64,000 bases of DNA, taken from positions 1-64,000 of the forward strand of contig JAAILG010000582.1 of NCBI GenBank assembly GCA_012026655.1. Reading direction: 5' to 3'. How positions within the stretch are numbered: the stretch's first letter is position 1; every line of letters starts with the position of its first letter. A program made the translations under genes and the position numbers. The notes under the pieces were generated by a model. The model made no database searches and was not told where the DNA came from. It saw only the letters and a program-made list of their open reading frames with translations. The DNA is from Hydrolagus affinis. Its lineage: Eukaryota. This document shows positions 10,992 through 23,914 of the stretch, in pieces.

Positions 10992-13900
10992 GTAGGCCTT
11001 GCAAGTCTTTGGAAATATTTACGGTACCTGTGCAAGATTTTGCTTTGCTAAGGAAGTTTTGCTTCACTTCAATATCGCTTCTGTAGAATTCGATAGACAA
11101 ATTCACCAATTTCTCTGCCATTTCAGCTTTGGGTCCCAGTTCAATAGAGTCGACCACTTGCTGTAGTGCTACTCAATAAAGCACTGCCTCCACTGTATAT
11201 TTATCTTGTTCTGTATTGACTTGTTAGCTTCACACACTACAAAATGGTGCACTCTCTTAGTTGTAGTGGCATTTCCTGAGCTATGCAAAAGAAGCGACTT
11301 TAACGTCTCTTTTTAAGTGCACAAGTGATGTCGGTGGCAACCTGGAATTGAGCCATTTTTTTCAAACCTCATTTATAATCCTGGCACTGAGACATTGGAC
11401 ACAGCTGGCCATGCTATTAGGTTTCCCTGTTATTTGGACAGAATATTTTGGCAATCACTATTGTCGGGAAGCATCTCAACCAGTGTTGTCTTGTTATGTG
11501 ATGTAATTTACAAGTCATGTGCCCTTGTGCTACAACGTAATTTATGTGCAACCTGGTCACTTTGTCACCAATAGGCATGTCTCAATAGGATTTTTATTTA
11601 TTCAGAAAATGCTCTGCTCATTCAACGCTCTTAGTATTGCTGAAGCAACGATTATGCTAATCAGAGAGAACTTCAATAGACTAGCAGTCTTTGCCAATCA
11701 AGGATCATGTTCAGGTGCTATATCTCAACCAAGGAGTTTGTAACCAATAACATTCTCTGTGAAAACACACTTAATTAGAGTTGGTGGTGTAATTTGAAAA
11801 TTAAAATCAAACAAATTGACATTTTAGCATCCATCAGCCTTCAGAGTATGACAGCGAGATTTTCTATTCTTGTGGGTGTTACTGTAACAAATGCGTGTGA
11901 GGATTCCATCAGTGTTACCTTCTTAAAAACATAATGATGCACTACCTTTCTGGTCTTCTAAGTGAAACATTACCTATTAATTTCATTTGATTCAGAATTC
12001 AATAGTGATCGAATCTTAGATTGCTGAAATTACTATCTGTCTGTGTTGTGAAAAAGCTATTGATCTCAGTAACTGTATAAATCCTTGGAGTAAACGTGCA
12101 TTATTTTATTATCTCTGCTCTGTCAAGCGCCATGGATCATTTAGTGTAATCAGTAAGAGCAGTGTCTCCATAATGTTAGCGAGAATGAAACTGGTTAATT
12201 CAAAATGAAAAAAATTACAGCAGCATTGTCGATGGTGTGATAATAATGACTTTATCTCATTTCCCTTTCTAAACTAACTAGCTGTACCCATTTCAGCTAC
12301 CCTTGCAACCAAAGGATTCAACATGCAAAGTATTAATATTTTATTTTATATTATTGTATATTATTATACTTTATTATATTATGATATTATATAATGTTAG
12401 GAGATCCCCGCCCCACCCCAAATAAATATGACCATGACACTCCCCCATTGCAAGATCTTTCCAATGAGGTATAAATCATGTCTAGGTCAATCAATTATTG
12501 GATTCTTGGTGGACAGAAACAAACACACAGATATTTTGGCTTTATTAGTATAGATTGAAAAATATGGACTCATTGCAACAAAAAATAATTCCAGAGCAAA
12601 GTTTGAGACAGTTAAAGGATTATGTTTATTCATTATTTAATAGAGCATTTTTACATCCTTTGCAATAAATAAGCAAATGCTTACTCTTGAACCTGTTAAA
12701 AAGATGTGTATCCAGCATTTTACCAGGAAGAATGGTATAATAATATCTGAATGCTAGCATCTTTAAGAAAAGACTTGAAGCTGTGAGGGGAAGATGATAA
12801 GGTGGGTATGTTGGAAGCATAAGATCAAATGGGCAAGATAGCCTTTTTCATCTGTTACTCTCTTGAAGTTTATACAGTATCTAGTTTTTCTTAAGCGAGC
12901 ATCTCTTATCTTGATATAAAAATGTAACCTTTTTTTGTGTAGCTATTGTCTTTCTTCCCCTTAAATCATTTTAATATATGTTAATGTATTTGCAATCCAT
13001 CCTGATTTCTTGAAACCTTACCAAAAGTCCAATAACACTGACAGTATATCATTTTAAAAATCACACTGAGTGCTGCATATTACATTAGCTGTGATTTACT
13101 GTAAATGATTTTTCTAAAAACAATTGGAGTGTTGCACATGTGAAGGCATAATTAATTACAATCTCAACTGCCTTTACCTTCTATTTCATTTGTGAAAAGA
13201 CTTTGATAATCTACAAATAACCAGAGCATATTTCATATTCTGATTCAGCTTTTTTCTGCAATTTCATCTTGTTTTGTCCTGTGAGCTTACTCTAATTTAT
13301 GCATGAATTGATCCCATGCATTTTTTTCCTTTGGAGTTTTGATTGTGAATGTAGGCTTTTGTTTAAAATACACATTTTAAAATGTATTGTTTATTCTCTA
13401 TTTTCCTGTTGTTCTGTTAATTGCTTAAGACAATGTTTCTCTGCTCTCCAGATTTTCTTTTTATGAAATCAGTCTGTTCCTTTTCTCTGCTGCTTTCTTT
13501 AAATCTGCTGTTTCCCATACTCTGGTGTCGATTGTATAATTTTTTTTTAACTGTTCTGGTCCTAAAAATTCTTACCTACTTAGCACATTTGTAGTGTGCC
13601 TTGAAACTCCTAGGTTCCAAGCCACAATACAAATGTTGAGCAAGAGGAAGGAAAATTAGATCTTGCTTTCAGCAAATATAAAATCTCCCAGTACTTGGTT
13701 ATTTATACTGTACAGTTTATTCATTCTACACATCCATCTCTCACTTTCCCCTTCTCTCTGATTGACTTCATTCTTGCATCACTCCTGTCTGTTTTGCTTC
13801 CCTGATGTTCCTGCCGTCTGTGTATCTCAGTCTACCTCCACACAGTTGCTTTACTAACAGTGAGGAAGGACGATTCCAGTCTTCCTTGTATCTTTAAATA

Positions 13901-14202
13901 GATCCAATAAACATAGACTGATTGTAGAGGATGGGCAAGACTGTGAGAGCTTCATTCCTACCTACCTGTAGATTGGACAGCAGACTACAGTGGGTGGGGG
14001 GGTTGGCAGGTGGGGGTAAAGAAAGCAAGTCTCATATTCACACTAAAGGCATTGTTTTCATATGCTTAACACATTTCTCATCATTCCAAATCAATTATTA
14101 GAAATTCAGAGGGATAATGGATATGGGTGGGCAATATAAATGGAGTAACTTGACATGCGCGTATGAAGTGAGCAGGGTTACCAATGAAAACATAATACAG
14201 TG

Positions 14203-14572
14203 ATAATAATAATCCTTGCATTTGATATAACGCTTTTCACGTCTTCCAGACGTCTCAAAGCGCTTCACAGAATATACTGTAAAGTGAATTAACTGTATAC
14301 TTGTGGGTGAAACGTGACAGCCAATTACTCACAGCAGTCTGAAGCTCTCCGAGACGCTGTCCAGCATGGAGGGCACTATATAAATCCAAGTTGTTGTTGT
14401 CCCACAAACAGACATAGATTGAAATTACCAATTTTTAAAATATTTTTTTTGGGGGGATTATTATTAGGCGTGTGGAGTAAGGAAATTGCCCAAGGTTTCA
14501 CCCTGACCTGCCTGGATTCGAACACAGGTCTCACACTTGTAAGGCGAGTGCTTTAACCACTAAGCTACATGA
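14203..14572 (-). mobile_element. tRNA-head/Deu SINE interrupted by an opposite-strand 62-nt L2 tail
   Basis: The SINE consensus CAGCAGT|GTCCCACAAAC is split by the insert at 14339-14400. Confidence 0.9.
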
Positions 14573-15387
14573 GCGAACTTGTAAACTTTAATGCCGGCTA
14601 TTGCCATGAGTTCAGCGTGTTGTGAGGATGAAGGTGAGCGGTATGAATAATGCGTCTGACACCGAAAGACAGAATTTCTCCTTTAACTATGTGTCCGTAG
14701 AATGATTTGAGCAGCAGCACATCACTGTGTTTCTATGAGTTACTATGTGGGCAGAGTCGGGTTTGACTTTAACTGAATATAGAATCTTTGCTGTGTGCAG
14801 TAGCTAGCACGTCAGCTATTTACACCATTCTGACTCCCACTCCTGACCTGAAAAATATATATATTTTTGAAACAAGGCATTGGACAAGTGGTTAGGCGGC
14901 AAATGTAGTAGCAGATGGAAGGACACTCTGATAATTCTTATGTAAATAGTGAAACCCCTTCGGGCTGGTTGTTAGCTAGGATGCTCAGGTTAGCCATTCT
15001 GTTAGTGCATTGACTTTTAATGGCAGCTTTACCAAGGCAGCTTTGAATGTGAAGTATCCAGTTTTCTATTAAGGTAATGTTGAAATTTCAAGCCCCATTT
15101 AGCTATATTGTTTTTGAATGCATTCTGGCTCTTTCACATTTCTTTATCATTGTTGGTAGTGGTCTTGTCAGCAATTCCGCAATGGCACAGCAAAGCTTTA
15201 TTAATAAATTTGAAGTTCTAAGCAAACAACTGTTGCAATCTACAGACCAGTAGTTGTGTTAATTTATTGAACAGGATGCTCAAGGAATTGGATAACTACT
15301 GAGATTTAACACAGATCCAAGGTATGTCAATGGTTTGAAACCAAGTTTTGACTGGGGTCGTTGTGAATCCAAGTGGAAGAACTCTGA

Positions 15388-15441
15388 AACTCCTGTGGTG
15401 CTATACACTTATTTAACTCCTGCAGTGCTGTACACTTATTC
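15388..15441. repeat. 27-bp tandem duplication adjacent to the Penelope 5' truncation
   Basis: AACTCCTGTGGTGCTATACACTTATTT / AACTCCTGCAGTGCTGTACACTTATTC. Confidence 0.75.
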
Positions 15442-15452
15442 AACAAACCCAT

Positions 15453-16171
15453 TTTTCAAGTGAGACAGTGATTTACGTATACCACCAACGTACTGTACTA
15501 CACTGCATTCACCGCTCACGGTGTGGTCTCCTCTACATTGGGCAGACCAAACACAGATTGGGTGATCGAATTGTCGAACACCTCCATTCTGTATGCAAGC
15601 ACGACCCTGAGCTTCAGGTTTCTTGCCACTTCAACTCTCTCTCCCACTTGCACTCTGACCTCCCCATCCATGTCCCCTACCCTGTTCCAATGAAGCAGAG
15701 TAGAAGCACGAGGAACAGCAACTCATCTATCTGTTAGGGACCTTTCAGCCCTCTGGCCTCAATATTGATTTCAACAATCATAGATCATAACAGACCTTCC
15801 CACTCTTCTGTGATCCCTAGCACATGATCTGGGTCCCAGACACTCCTTTTCTCTCTCTGGTCTGCTTGTTTTATTGCAAAACAACCCCTCACTTTTCTTC
15901 TCCTTTTCTCCCGTTTTTTTTGTTGCAATTCCCCCTTTTTGTTTTGCATCATTGGCACCTCTTTAACCTATCATCTCCTGCCCTCTAGCTCATTTTCTCC
16001 TTTGTTTTCCTTGCCCTGCCTCCCCCACTCTGTGTTAGTCCTTAAAAGCTTCTCCCTCCCAACACGCCCCAGTTCTGACGAAGGGTCATGGACCCGAAAC
16101 GTTGGGTCACTTTCCGTTCTCCATAGATGCTGCCTGACCTGCTGAGTGTTCCCAGCTACATTTGTTTTTGT
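15453..16171 (+). mobile_element. 5'-truncated Penelope-like element: GIY-YIG endonuclease remnant plus pLTR with minimal hammerhead core
   Basis: ORF 15468 reads CIHRSRCGLLYIGQTKHRLGDRIVEHL...HFN (GIY-YIG with PLE C/H motifs). At 16075-16103 is CTGACGA-AGGGTC-ATG-GACCC-GAAAC-GTT, followed by GATGCTGCCTGACCTGCTGAG. Confidence 0.88.
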
Positions 16172-18239
16172 AACAAAGGTGTATAATGTGGTGAGTTAGA
16201 CAGACAATGAAGGTGTGACGTACAAGCAATTATGTACAATGCATTTTTTAAAAATGTATGGAAAAAGAAAAAGCTTTGTTTTGCAAATAGGGCTCTTAAA
16301 ATTAATTCTGGGAATTTTAAAAAGATGGATTAAGTTAAATAAATCTATTCTTCACCAGATTAGTCCATTGTTTAAAACTGGTTTCACTGGGGTATGAAAG
16401 CATCTCATTACTGTAATATTTGAGATAACGAGAGAGAGTTTAGATAATTACGGAAAGAGTCTGGTGAATTAAGAGTTCTTCCAGCCACTAATCAGTCTGC
16501 AGTAATAGCAGCGTGTTGGGGAGGCGCGGAACTGACAAACTGAACATGTTTTGCTGGTAAATTGTTCACCAAATGTAGTTAATTTCTTTCTACACACGTT
16601 GTAGGCAGTTCCCGGGATGAAATATGAAGGCATGGAAATGTTAATTATATAAAAATGCCTTTTCATTGTGACAGCTTCAATAGATCATTGATTTATAGCA
16701 GAAAATGATGTGCAGTGGCTATATGGCAAGATCAAATGTAACCAGGCACTGTTCAGATTTTTGTACCAAGACGTTTCCATTAATGGCTAACTGGAGTGGA
16801 ACCAGTTGGATATAAGGTCAAAAATATGTTGAGCAGATAAACATGAATACCTGGTTTAAAAAAAAGTTATCCAGCTTCAACTCATTCCTTATTCGTTGTG
16901 TCTCCAATTGCATTAGAATTTAGGTCCACCATCCAGCGAGAAAGATTTTACGTGTTCCTTTTAAGAACATCTCCTCTCCTCATAATAGCCAATTGATTTC
17001 TCTCTGTTCTTGGGCAATGTAAAATTTACATCAAAATCCCCTCTATTCAGTTCCTTTACCTGAAGGACTTTTGTCCAACAATACTACTCCACATGGCCAT
17101 CAGTTGAATAGGAACAGCTGTCATTTTTGCTTGTTGGCTCACAGAAAGAACCCATACTGTCTGCAAGTTTTCATTAAACATTATTGTCCAGAGCCATGTA
17201 TTCCAGAGTTATGATACACAATTTGCTGATATCAACCCTTCATTGAACTTGCTTGTAGGCTACTTCCATTTGAAAAGCATGAGCGATTCTTAGCTGAAGT
17301 TCTTAGCACAGAATTGGATGAAGTTGCATTCAAATTATACTAGGATAAAGCACAATACTTCTTAAAGGGGAGCAATCTGGTAATTATTTTCTCTCTCGCA
17401 ATGAATGGTAGACTCAATTGTAATACTGTAAGTACTTATTTGGGGGAAATAGAGAACCGATACCTAAAAGCAGACAGACTACTTTCAATTTGCTTGCAAA
17501 TATTGTAATATTAAATTTGAGGTGTAAGAGGGTCCAAATCTACCAAACTGAATTTGTCTTGGAAATGGTAATTCCCATTTTTGGTTGGAAAAAGGATTGA
17601 GGGGAAAAAAAGCTCAGAAAGCTGACAGATATAAAAAGTGAACTGATGAAATTGTGATAAAGTGTGTGTGCAAACCAGTGGATATTAATTAAATCAGGAC
17701 AGAAAAGGATTGATTGGGAAGAAAACCTAATAACTGGAACAGAAAGGTTAGGAAGCTTGCTTACACTAAATACACAGTACTTGCGCACATTATTTACATT
17801 TTATAATTAAGTACTTATTCCTCTTTTTCACATTTATGCCTAAGATTTACTTGTGTAAATAGTGCCAAACTTGGAACTTCTGCAAAGTCAGTACCGTGCA
17901 CTGCAGTGCTGAAATCCATACCGTGCAAAAAAAAGTTCATGCCGCATTCAAACTAAAGCTGCTGTTATATAATATGTCATTCTACCATCCATTACATCTG
18001 TTCAGTTGCATTGCTTCTGGAAAACGTTCAATGTTTTGTTGAACAATTCTGAGAAATTGTGTCACAAAATGATGCCTGAGACTCTTGGAAACCGTGTTAC
18101 AAAATGAAGGTTGAAAGAAGAGCTTTTATGAGTGAAGCAGCAGCCAAGCATGACTAAGATTAAAATGTGTCTGAATAAAAAGGCTGTATTAAGCTAAAGG
18201 TTCAACAGAAATATTTTAAGCGATAACAAGGGAACACGG

Positions 18240-18674
18240 GGCTCTGGATTGTACAACAGATAGTCGAGGTTAACCAAAGGAGTTCTTAACGAAAGTAAGA
18301 GGCCAATAGAAAATCTAAGTTTGCTGACAAACGAGCAAGATATCTTGTAAAAATGTTGTGAGCTATGCTTGCTGTACACAGCTTGTTGAAATTTTTAAAG
18401 GATGAGTTAGGAAGTAATGTGTAAGATTTGTCAACACATTTCACAAATGAAGACTGTTCAAATTCCAGTTCAAGGAGGCACTTCAAACAAGTAATTGAAG
18501 AACATCTGTTTTTAAGAAGTTCTTAGCAGGAGAACGTAGCAGACCATTTTTGGTGTTAATGCTGCAAAAAAATTTAGATTTCATATTTGAATTATCCTTT
18601 CTTAAAAAAAAATGATTCATTGTGTGTAACTATTTGGAAAAATTGCAAAGAAAGTCCGGCAGGCAAAGAGTTAA
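18240..18674 (+). mobile_element. Possible degraded TTAA-specific (piggyBac-like) DNA element, right end
   Basis: Ends CCGGCAGGCAAAGAG-TTAA. A Cys-rich degenerate stretch lies near 18330-18390. No left end found. Confidence 0.25.
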
Positions 18675-20627
18675 ATGCAATGATTGTGTGCCCCAACCAT
18701 CTACAATGCCTTGGGCTCTGAACTCTTAACTAGGAGACTGAAATTTAGATCTTGCTGCTGTCTGACTGTTTGCTGAGTAAGTTTTGGCAGGGTCAGGGAA
18801 GAAATCATTTTTTTGCACTGCAGTGTCGTATGTCCTGTCAGTGATCAAGGGAAAGAATTGACAATGCTGTACTGTTGCTCTGTTAATTGAGCAGGGAATT
18901 CTAGATTTGAGAGCAAATTTGTGAGAAAGGGGAGTTAAAAATACAGGACAATGCTGAACGCTGCACAAGGAATACAAATCGAATGGAGGATACGCATTCA
19001 TTAACCAAATTTAATATGTTAAGGAACAGCAATGTTAAAAATGCTAGTTTTTAGATTTTATTCCCTGATGCTGTACTGAACTTGGAAGTTCAACGTGAAG
19101 ACCTGAAGGTCAGGCAGTACTCGGGTTTGATTAGAGTAGTAGATGCAATCAGATGCGAGAGATGTGTTGTGGTTTTCTGTCTGTCAAATGTGGGCAATCT
19201 TTGGATACTCTTATCATAACTTGATGGATGGAAGAGATAAGTAGATGCTGCCATTTTTATCATATTAACTTTTCACAGTTGCAGTGTGTTTGAATGTGTG
19301 TTGCATATAGGATCGTCGAGCTACATGAAAGGGCATTGAGTTTTAACCTACATGACGTAAGGATTGATAAATTGTTCCACTTTGTTCTACCAGCTTCTCA
19401 AGATTTAAATTCTGTTATTGAGACCCATTTTCCAAATCATCTACCGCTTGATCTTGTGCCCTCTAATTGCTTATTATGTGTTCTTCTTGAGATTCGGTTC
19501 CATTTTAGTTTCTGTGGAAACGACACGCAGCCTATAAGAACCGAATGTATGTTTGTGAATCCGTTGGTGTGACATGTTGGAGTGTCACTTGGTAATTTGA
19601 TGTATGTTTTTTTCTCCCCACTGTCTGACACAAATAGGTGCAGGTCCTTTAGTTTTGCTCTTAAAATGGTCATGGTTTTCAGAGTTCATAACCTTGATGG
19701 GTTCATAAGCAGAATTCTATCGAAGTGGAGCCCAGAATTACTGTGAAGTGCTTTTGAGGTGTTTTGATATGAGATAATGCGCTATTAAAAATGCATGTTC
19801 TTTCTTTGTATAAACTGGGAGATTGCCCCTCAACTCAGGATATTAGATGGATTCTCATTGAGAGTAAAAAAAAACATTTTCAAGCATTTGCAATGCACTG
19901 TTAAGCTTGATTGAAATAACACGCTGGAGCAGGTAGCTGGAGCAGGTATTCTCTCCACTGGAGGCATACGATGTTAATAATATAATACTGTACATGGAAA
20001 CCCTGTTATAGTCCCCCTCATCATAAGACTCTTGCTTCTGTGGACATTAGCTAATGAGAATCACCTAATACTTGGCTGACTGGCTTCCCATTCCCCAAAA
20101 TGTCTGACTGCTGGGTTATCAAGTCACCCTAACATCACCTTCCTGTCCATGTCATGAAAATTAACTGGAGACTTAGCATATGATTTATATTGTTACAGTA
20201 GTTGCTGGCCCTTACCTTCTCTCAATATCCATGATATCCGTTCTCTCCCAGTAATTGCATCTACTTGTTGCATCTAGAGTTTGTTTTCAAAGGAACTACA
20301 TGAAGCAATTTGCATACTTTTATGAAACCCTATCATTGTTTGCTAAATTTAGTTAAGTACTTTACTGCTGCAATATTCTAAAGTGGTCTCAATACTAAAC
20401 CTTAAACCCTTCGCCTTTTGTTTTCTCAATAGTATTTCTCATTGATTTTAGCTTCCTCAATGCTGTTTGCTTACGAGAGATCTGAGTTCAATTCCACACA
20501 CTTTAGATGCTTTTTAGTTTATTTACTATAGTTCTGGCCAGGATTACACACCAATTATATTATTTTCTGACCACTAATAGTTATACTAATAGTGCCACCT
20601 GCTGATTGTGTTAATAACACAGAAATG

Positions 20628-20852
20628 TGGAGTCGTGTAGCTCAGTGGTTAGAGCACTCGCCTTACGAGAGACCTGGGTTCAATTTCAAAGCGCTATATC
20701 AAATGCAAGGATTATTATAATTTCAGGCAGGGTGAAATTTTGTGCAAGGTTCCTTTCTCATACCTAATAATAATCCCTCAAAGATAATAATAATTTGGTC
20801 ATTTCAATCCATGACTGTTTGTGGGACACTACTTTGAGCAATTGGCTGCCAC
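20628..20852 (+). mobile_element. SINE (5' part) with a 30-nt SINE/LINE tail inserted in its B box
   Basis: GGTTC-AATTTCA-[AAGCGCTATATCAAATGCAAGGATTATTAT]-AATTTCA-GGCAGG. Confidence 0.88.
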
Positions 20853-23340
20853 TTCATCACTTCAATTTGTGTTTTTTGAATTGGTGTACAGAATACCTTC
20901 TTACTGAGTATAATTGTAGAATGTTTCATTTTGGGCATATTATTTTCCCATCAACTGTTTAATCTCTGTTGCAGAGAGTAAATCACTGCTGGTGATCAAG
21001 GGGATTGAAACCTGCTGTTGCTATTTGATACAGAATGCAGCAATCATTGTGCACAAGATTTATGCTTGCTATCTCTTATGGAATGACTCTAATTAACAGT
21101 AAAGGACCCAGTCTTCAGTAAAATGGATTGATTTTTCGAACAGTTCTTCAAAATTAGGGGAAAAGTTTGAACACACTTACAAATTGCAATGGGTTGACAT
21201 TTTTGCCATTAGCAATGCTCTGTAGCTTTTAGAATTAATAGCAATCTGTTTCTGAACTATAAACTATAAAATGGAACCAATGAGTCGCTTTATGCCAATA
21301 AAAACAATCCATCAACATAAAACTGTTCAATGTGAATAGTTTTAAATGTTCAACTTCTGTTGCTGCATTCCTTTAAAGATATACTTTTTCCAATAGGAAT
21401 TGTGTTATCGGAGGAAGTGTGAATTAAAGGAGCAAATAAAAAATGTGATCCTCTTAAAAAGTTACTTTTTTTAACCAATAATTTTTTCTATTCAATAATT
21501 GCTCCTGGAAATTGCATTTTATATTGCCAATTATTTCTCTGGAATCAATTTGACAGCCTTCACTTTCTATCCTATCTAGATTGGGATCTGTCCAGTCTTA
21601 AAAATGCTATTCATTTGTTCACACACACAAGTTGTAGAATTCTGCAATTCTCCTAAATGAATGGCATATCTTTCCTGTTCTTGTGTAGGTTTGTGAGAGG
21701 CTACGAATGTTGTTCTTGCATTTTTTAAATATAAGAACTGTTAAAAATTTCCTCTTAATTAATTATTATCCAAACGCATGACTGAAGTTGCAGGATTTGA
21801 TTTCAATCGTCTGTTCAAATGCTTGTCTTCAGTCTCCATCTGTAGCATAAAATTATTTGCTGGATGCCATGTGATAGTATCCTATGTACATATGTGGAGA
21901 TTTGTGGCTTCGTTGAAGCTTCCAAGTGCACAGAGTAAATTTGCTTAAAATATAGTGTTCCGGCTTTATCTATGGAAATCTAGTGTGAATGTCAAACCAT
22001 TGTGGAGATGGTAACTCCAGCACTCCAGTCTCCCATTTTGTGACATAAAGTGAGATTGTTGGTTTTGCCTCCATTTCAATTTTGTATTGTGAACTCCGTG
22101 GGAGGTAGCTTAAGATTGACCCTCCTTCGCTCAATGATTCGTACATCAGAGAAGAGAGTCACTGCAGTTTTTTTTAAGCAGCTCATTTTCTTCCTTCATT
22201 AAAGAGCTGATTCTATATCATTAACATTGTGTTTAGAAGAATTTGTGAACATTGTGTTTTTTAATGGGGGGGGGGAAGGGAAGATCGTTCTCAGTTGCTT
22301 GCAGTAAAACAAATTAGATTTTTATCCTGTTTCTGATTCCATTTGGAAATGGCTCCCCGAGATGGGACAGAGCCAGGAAGCTAAGTATTGAATTGATTTA
22401 CATTGTATTTTAGTGATGATTTGACACATAAACAGTGTCATATCTGCACTAACTCTGATATAAATGAGGCTTAAGAGAGTTTTGTGTTGTAAGATCATGA
22501 AAAAGCTGTTCAGTAGTTCAAAATATCTTGAGATACCATACTCCATTGACACTTAAATTTGGAAGGTGAAATTAAGCTCCCATTACATTGCAGCAAGTAC
22601 TGCCCCAGCTATTAGTCCTAATGACTTGAACACTTTAGTTTCATTGCTTTTTAACACTGTTCCACTCAATAGAAATGCTAACTACTGCATGGTTGGTGCA
22701 TTTATGTTTGTGTGATTTGACTTAGCTGCTTGATTTAAATAATTGTTGCCAAGGATGAAAGACTGGCTTGATTGGAAATCTCAAGTATCACTTTGTAAAC
22801 ATAAGACAGGCTACACAATTCCTTATCAGAAACATTTTATCAGTGTCTCTCTCCCCCACCCCCTCTATGCTTAAATTCAAGATGAATGTTGTGTAGCTCA
22901 CCGGAAAATTCATAGTAAAAATTCTCATTGTTAAAAATGAATGGACTGGTATCCTTCAGCAAGATTAGTCTATAATTGGGCTGCTGTAAATGACCCAGTT
23001 TTGAACCGATCACTTTCAAACAGAAAGGTATTAAGAGGGTGAGAAGTAGATTAGCGAGCAAGATGGGTTCTTTACTATATAAATTGGGAAGTGTTTTAAA
23101 TGATAATTTTTTTAAAAAGAGCTAATCCAGTAACAAAATACTTGCAACTTTGTGATAAAACCTGTAATGTTTAGAATGATATTTGAATGTCAACCATTAA
23201 ATAATTTGCCAAGCCGAGCTAGAAATCTTCTTATTGAATAAATTCTGGGGAATTCTCTTTCTGCATTCACTCAACATTAACTTTAAGTTATTAGGTTGTT
23301 ACCTATTTTCCCTTGAGCTATAATGTATTTCAGTTATTAT

Positions 23341-23617
23341 AATTATAATAATCCTTGCATTTGATATGGCGCTGTTCAGGTTTTCTCAGCGCTTCACTGT
23401 AAAGTGAACAGACTGTAAAGTGAAAATATGTTGATGAAATGTGGCAGCGAATTGCGCACAGCAGTATCCCACAAACAGTCGTGGATTGAAACGACCAATT
23501 TTCTTTTGTAGGGATTATTATTAGGCGTGTGCAGTAATGAAACTTGCCCAAGGTTTCACCCTGCCTGGAATTGAACCTAGTAAGGCCAGTGCTCTAATTA
23601 CTGAGCTACAGAACTCC
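23341..23617 (-). mobile_element. tRNA-head/Deu SINE
   Basis: Same tail, core and head as the 9691 copy. Confidence 0.9.
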
Positions 23618-23732
23618 GCCAAGAGTCAGCTATTGTCTTGAACTCACAAGTCTTTCACAGGAACAATGGTCCCTTAATTTTAGCTATCCAACCTGGTTGT
23701 TTGTCACTTGGTGGATTGCTTTTCTGGGGCTC

Positions 23733-23914
23733 AATATTCCCTTCAAATAAATAATAACAATTTGGGCACTCAATCCAAGACTATTGTGCACAATTGGCTG
23801 CTCTGTTTTGCCCTCAAAATATACAGTCAATTCACAGTATATTCTCCCATTTCGCTTTGAAATGTCTTGAAGATATGATGAGGTGCTATATCAAATCCAA
23901 GGGTTATTATTATT
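23733..23914 (+). mobile_element. SINE 3' half (diverged)
   Basis: CAATTGGCTGC...CAGTCAATTCAC...TATATCAAATCCAAGGG(TTA)n. Confidence 0.75.

Noticed and set aside
20591-20606. CTCF-like motif (reverse TCAGCAGGTGGCACTA)
   Set aside because: It is a single imperfect match without supporting context.
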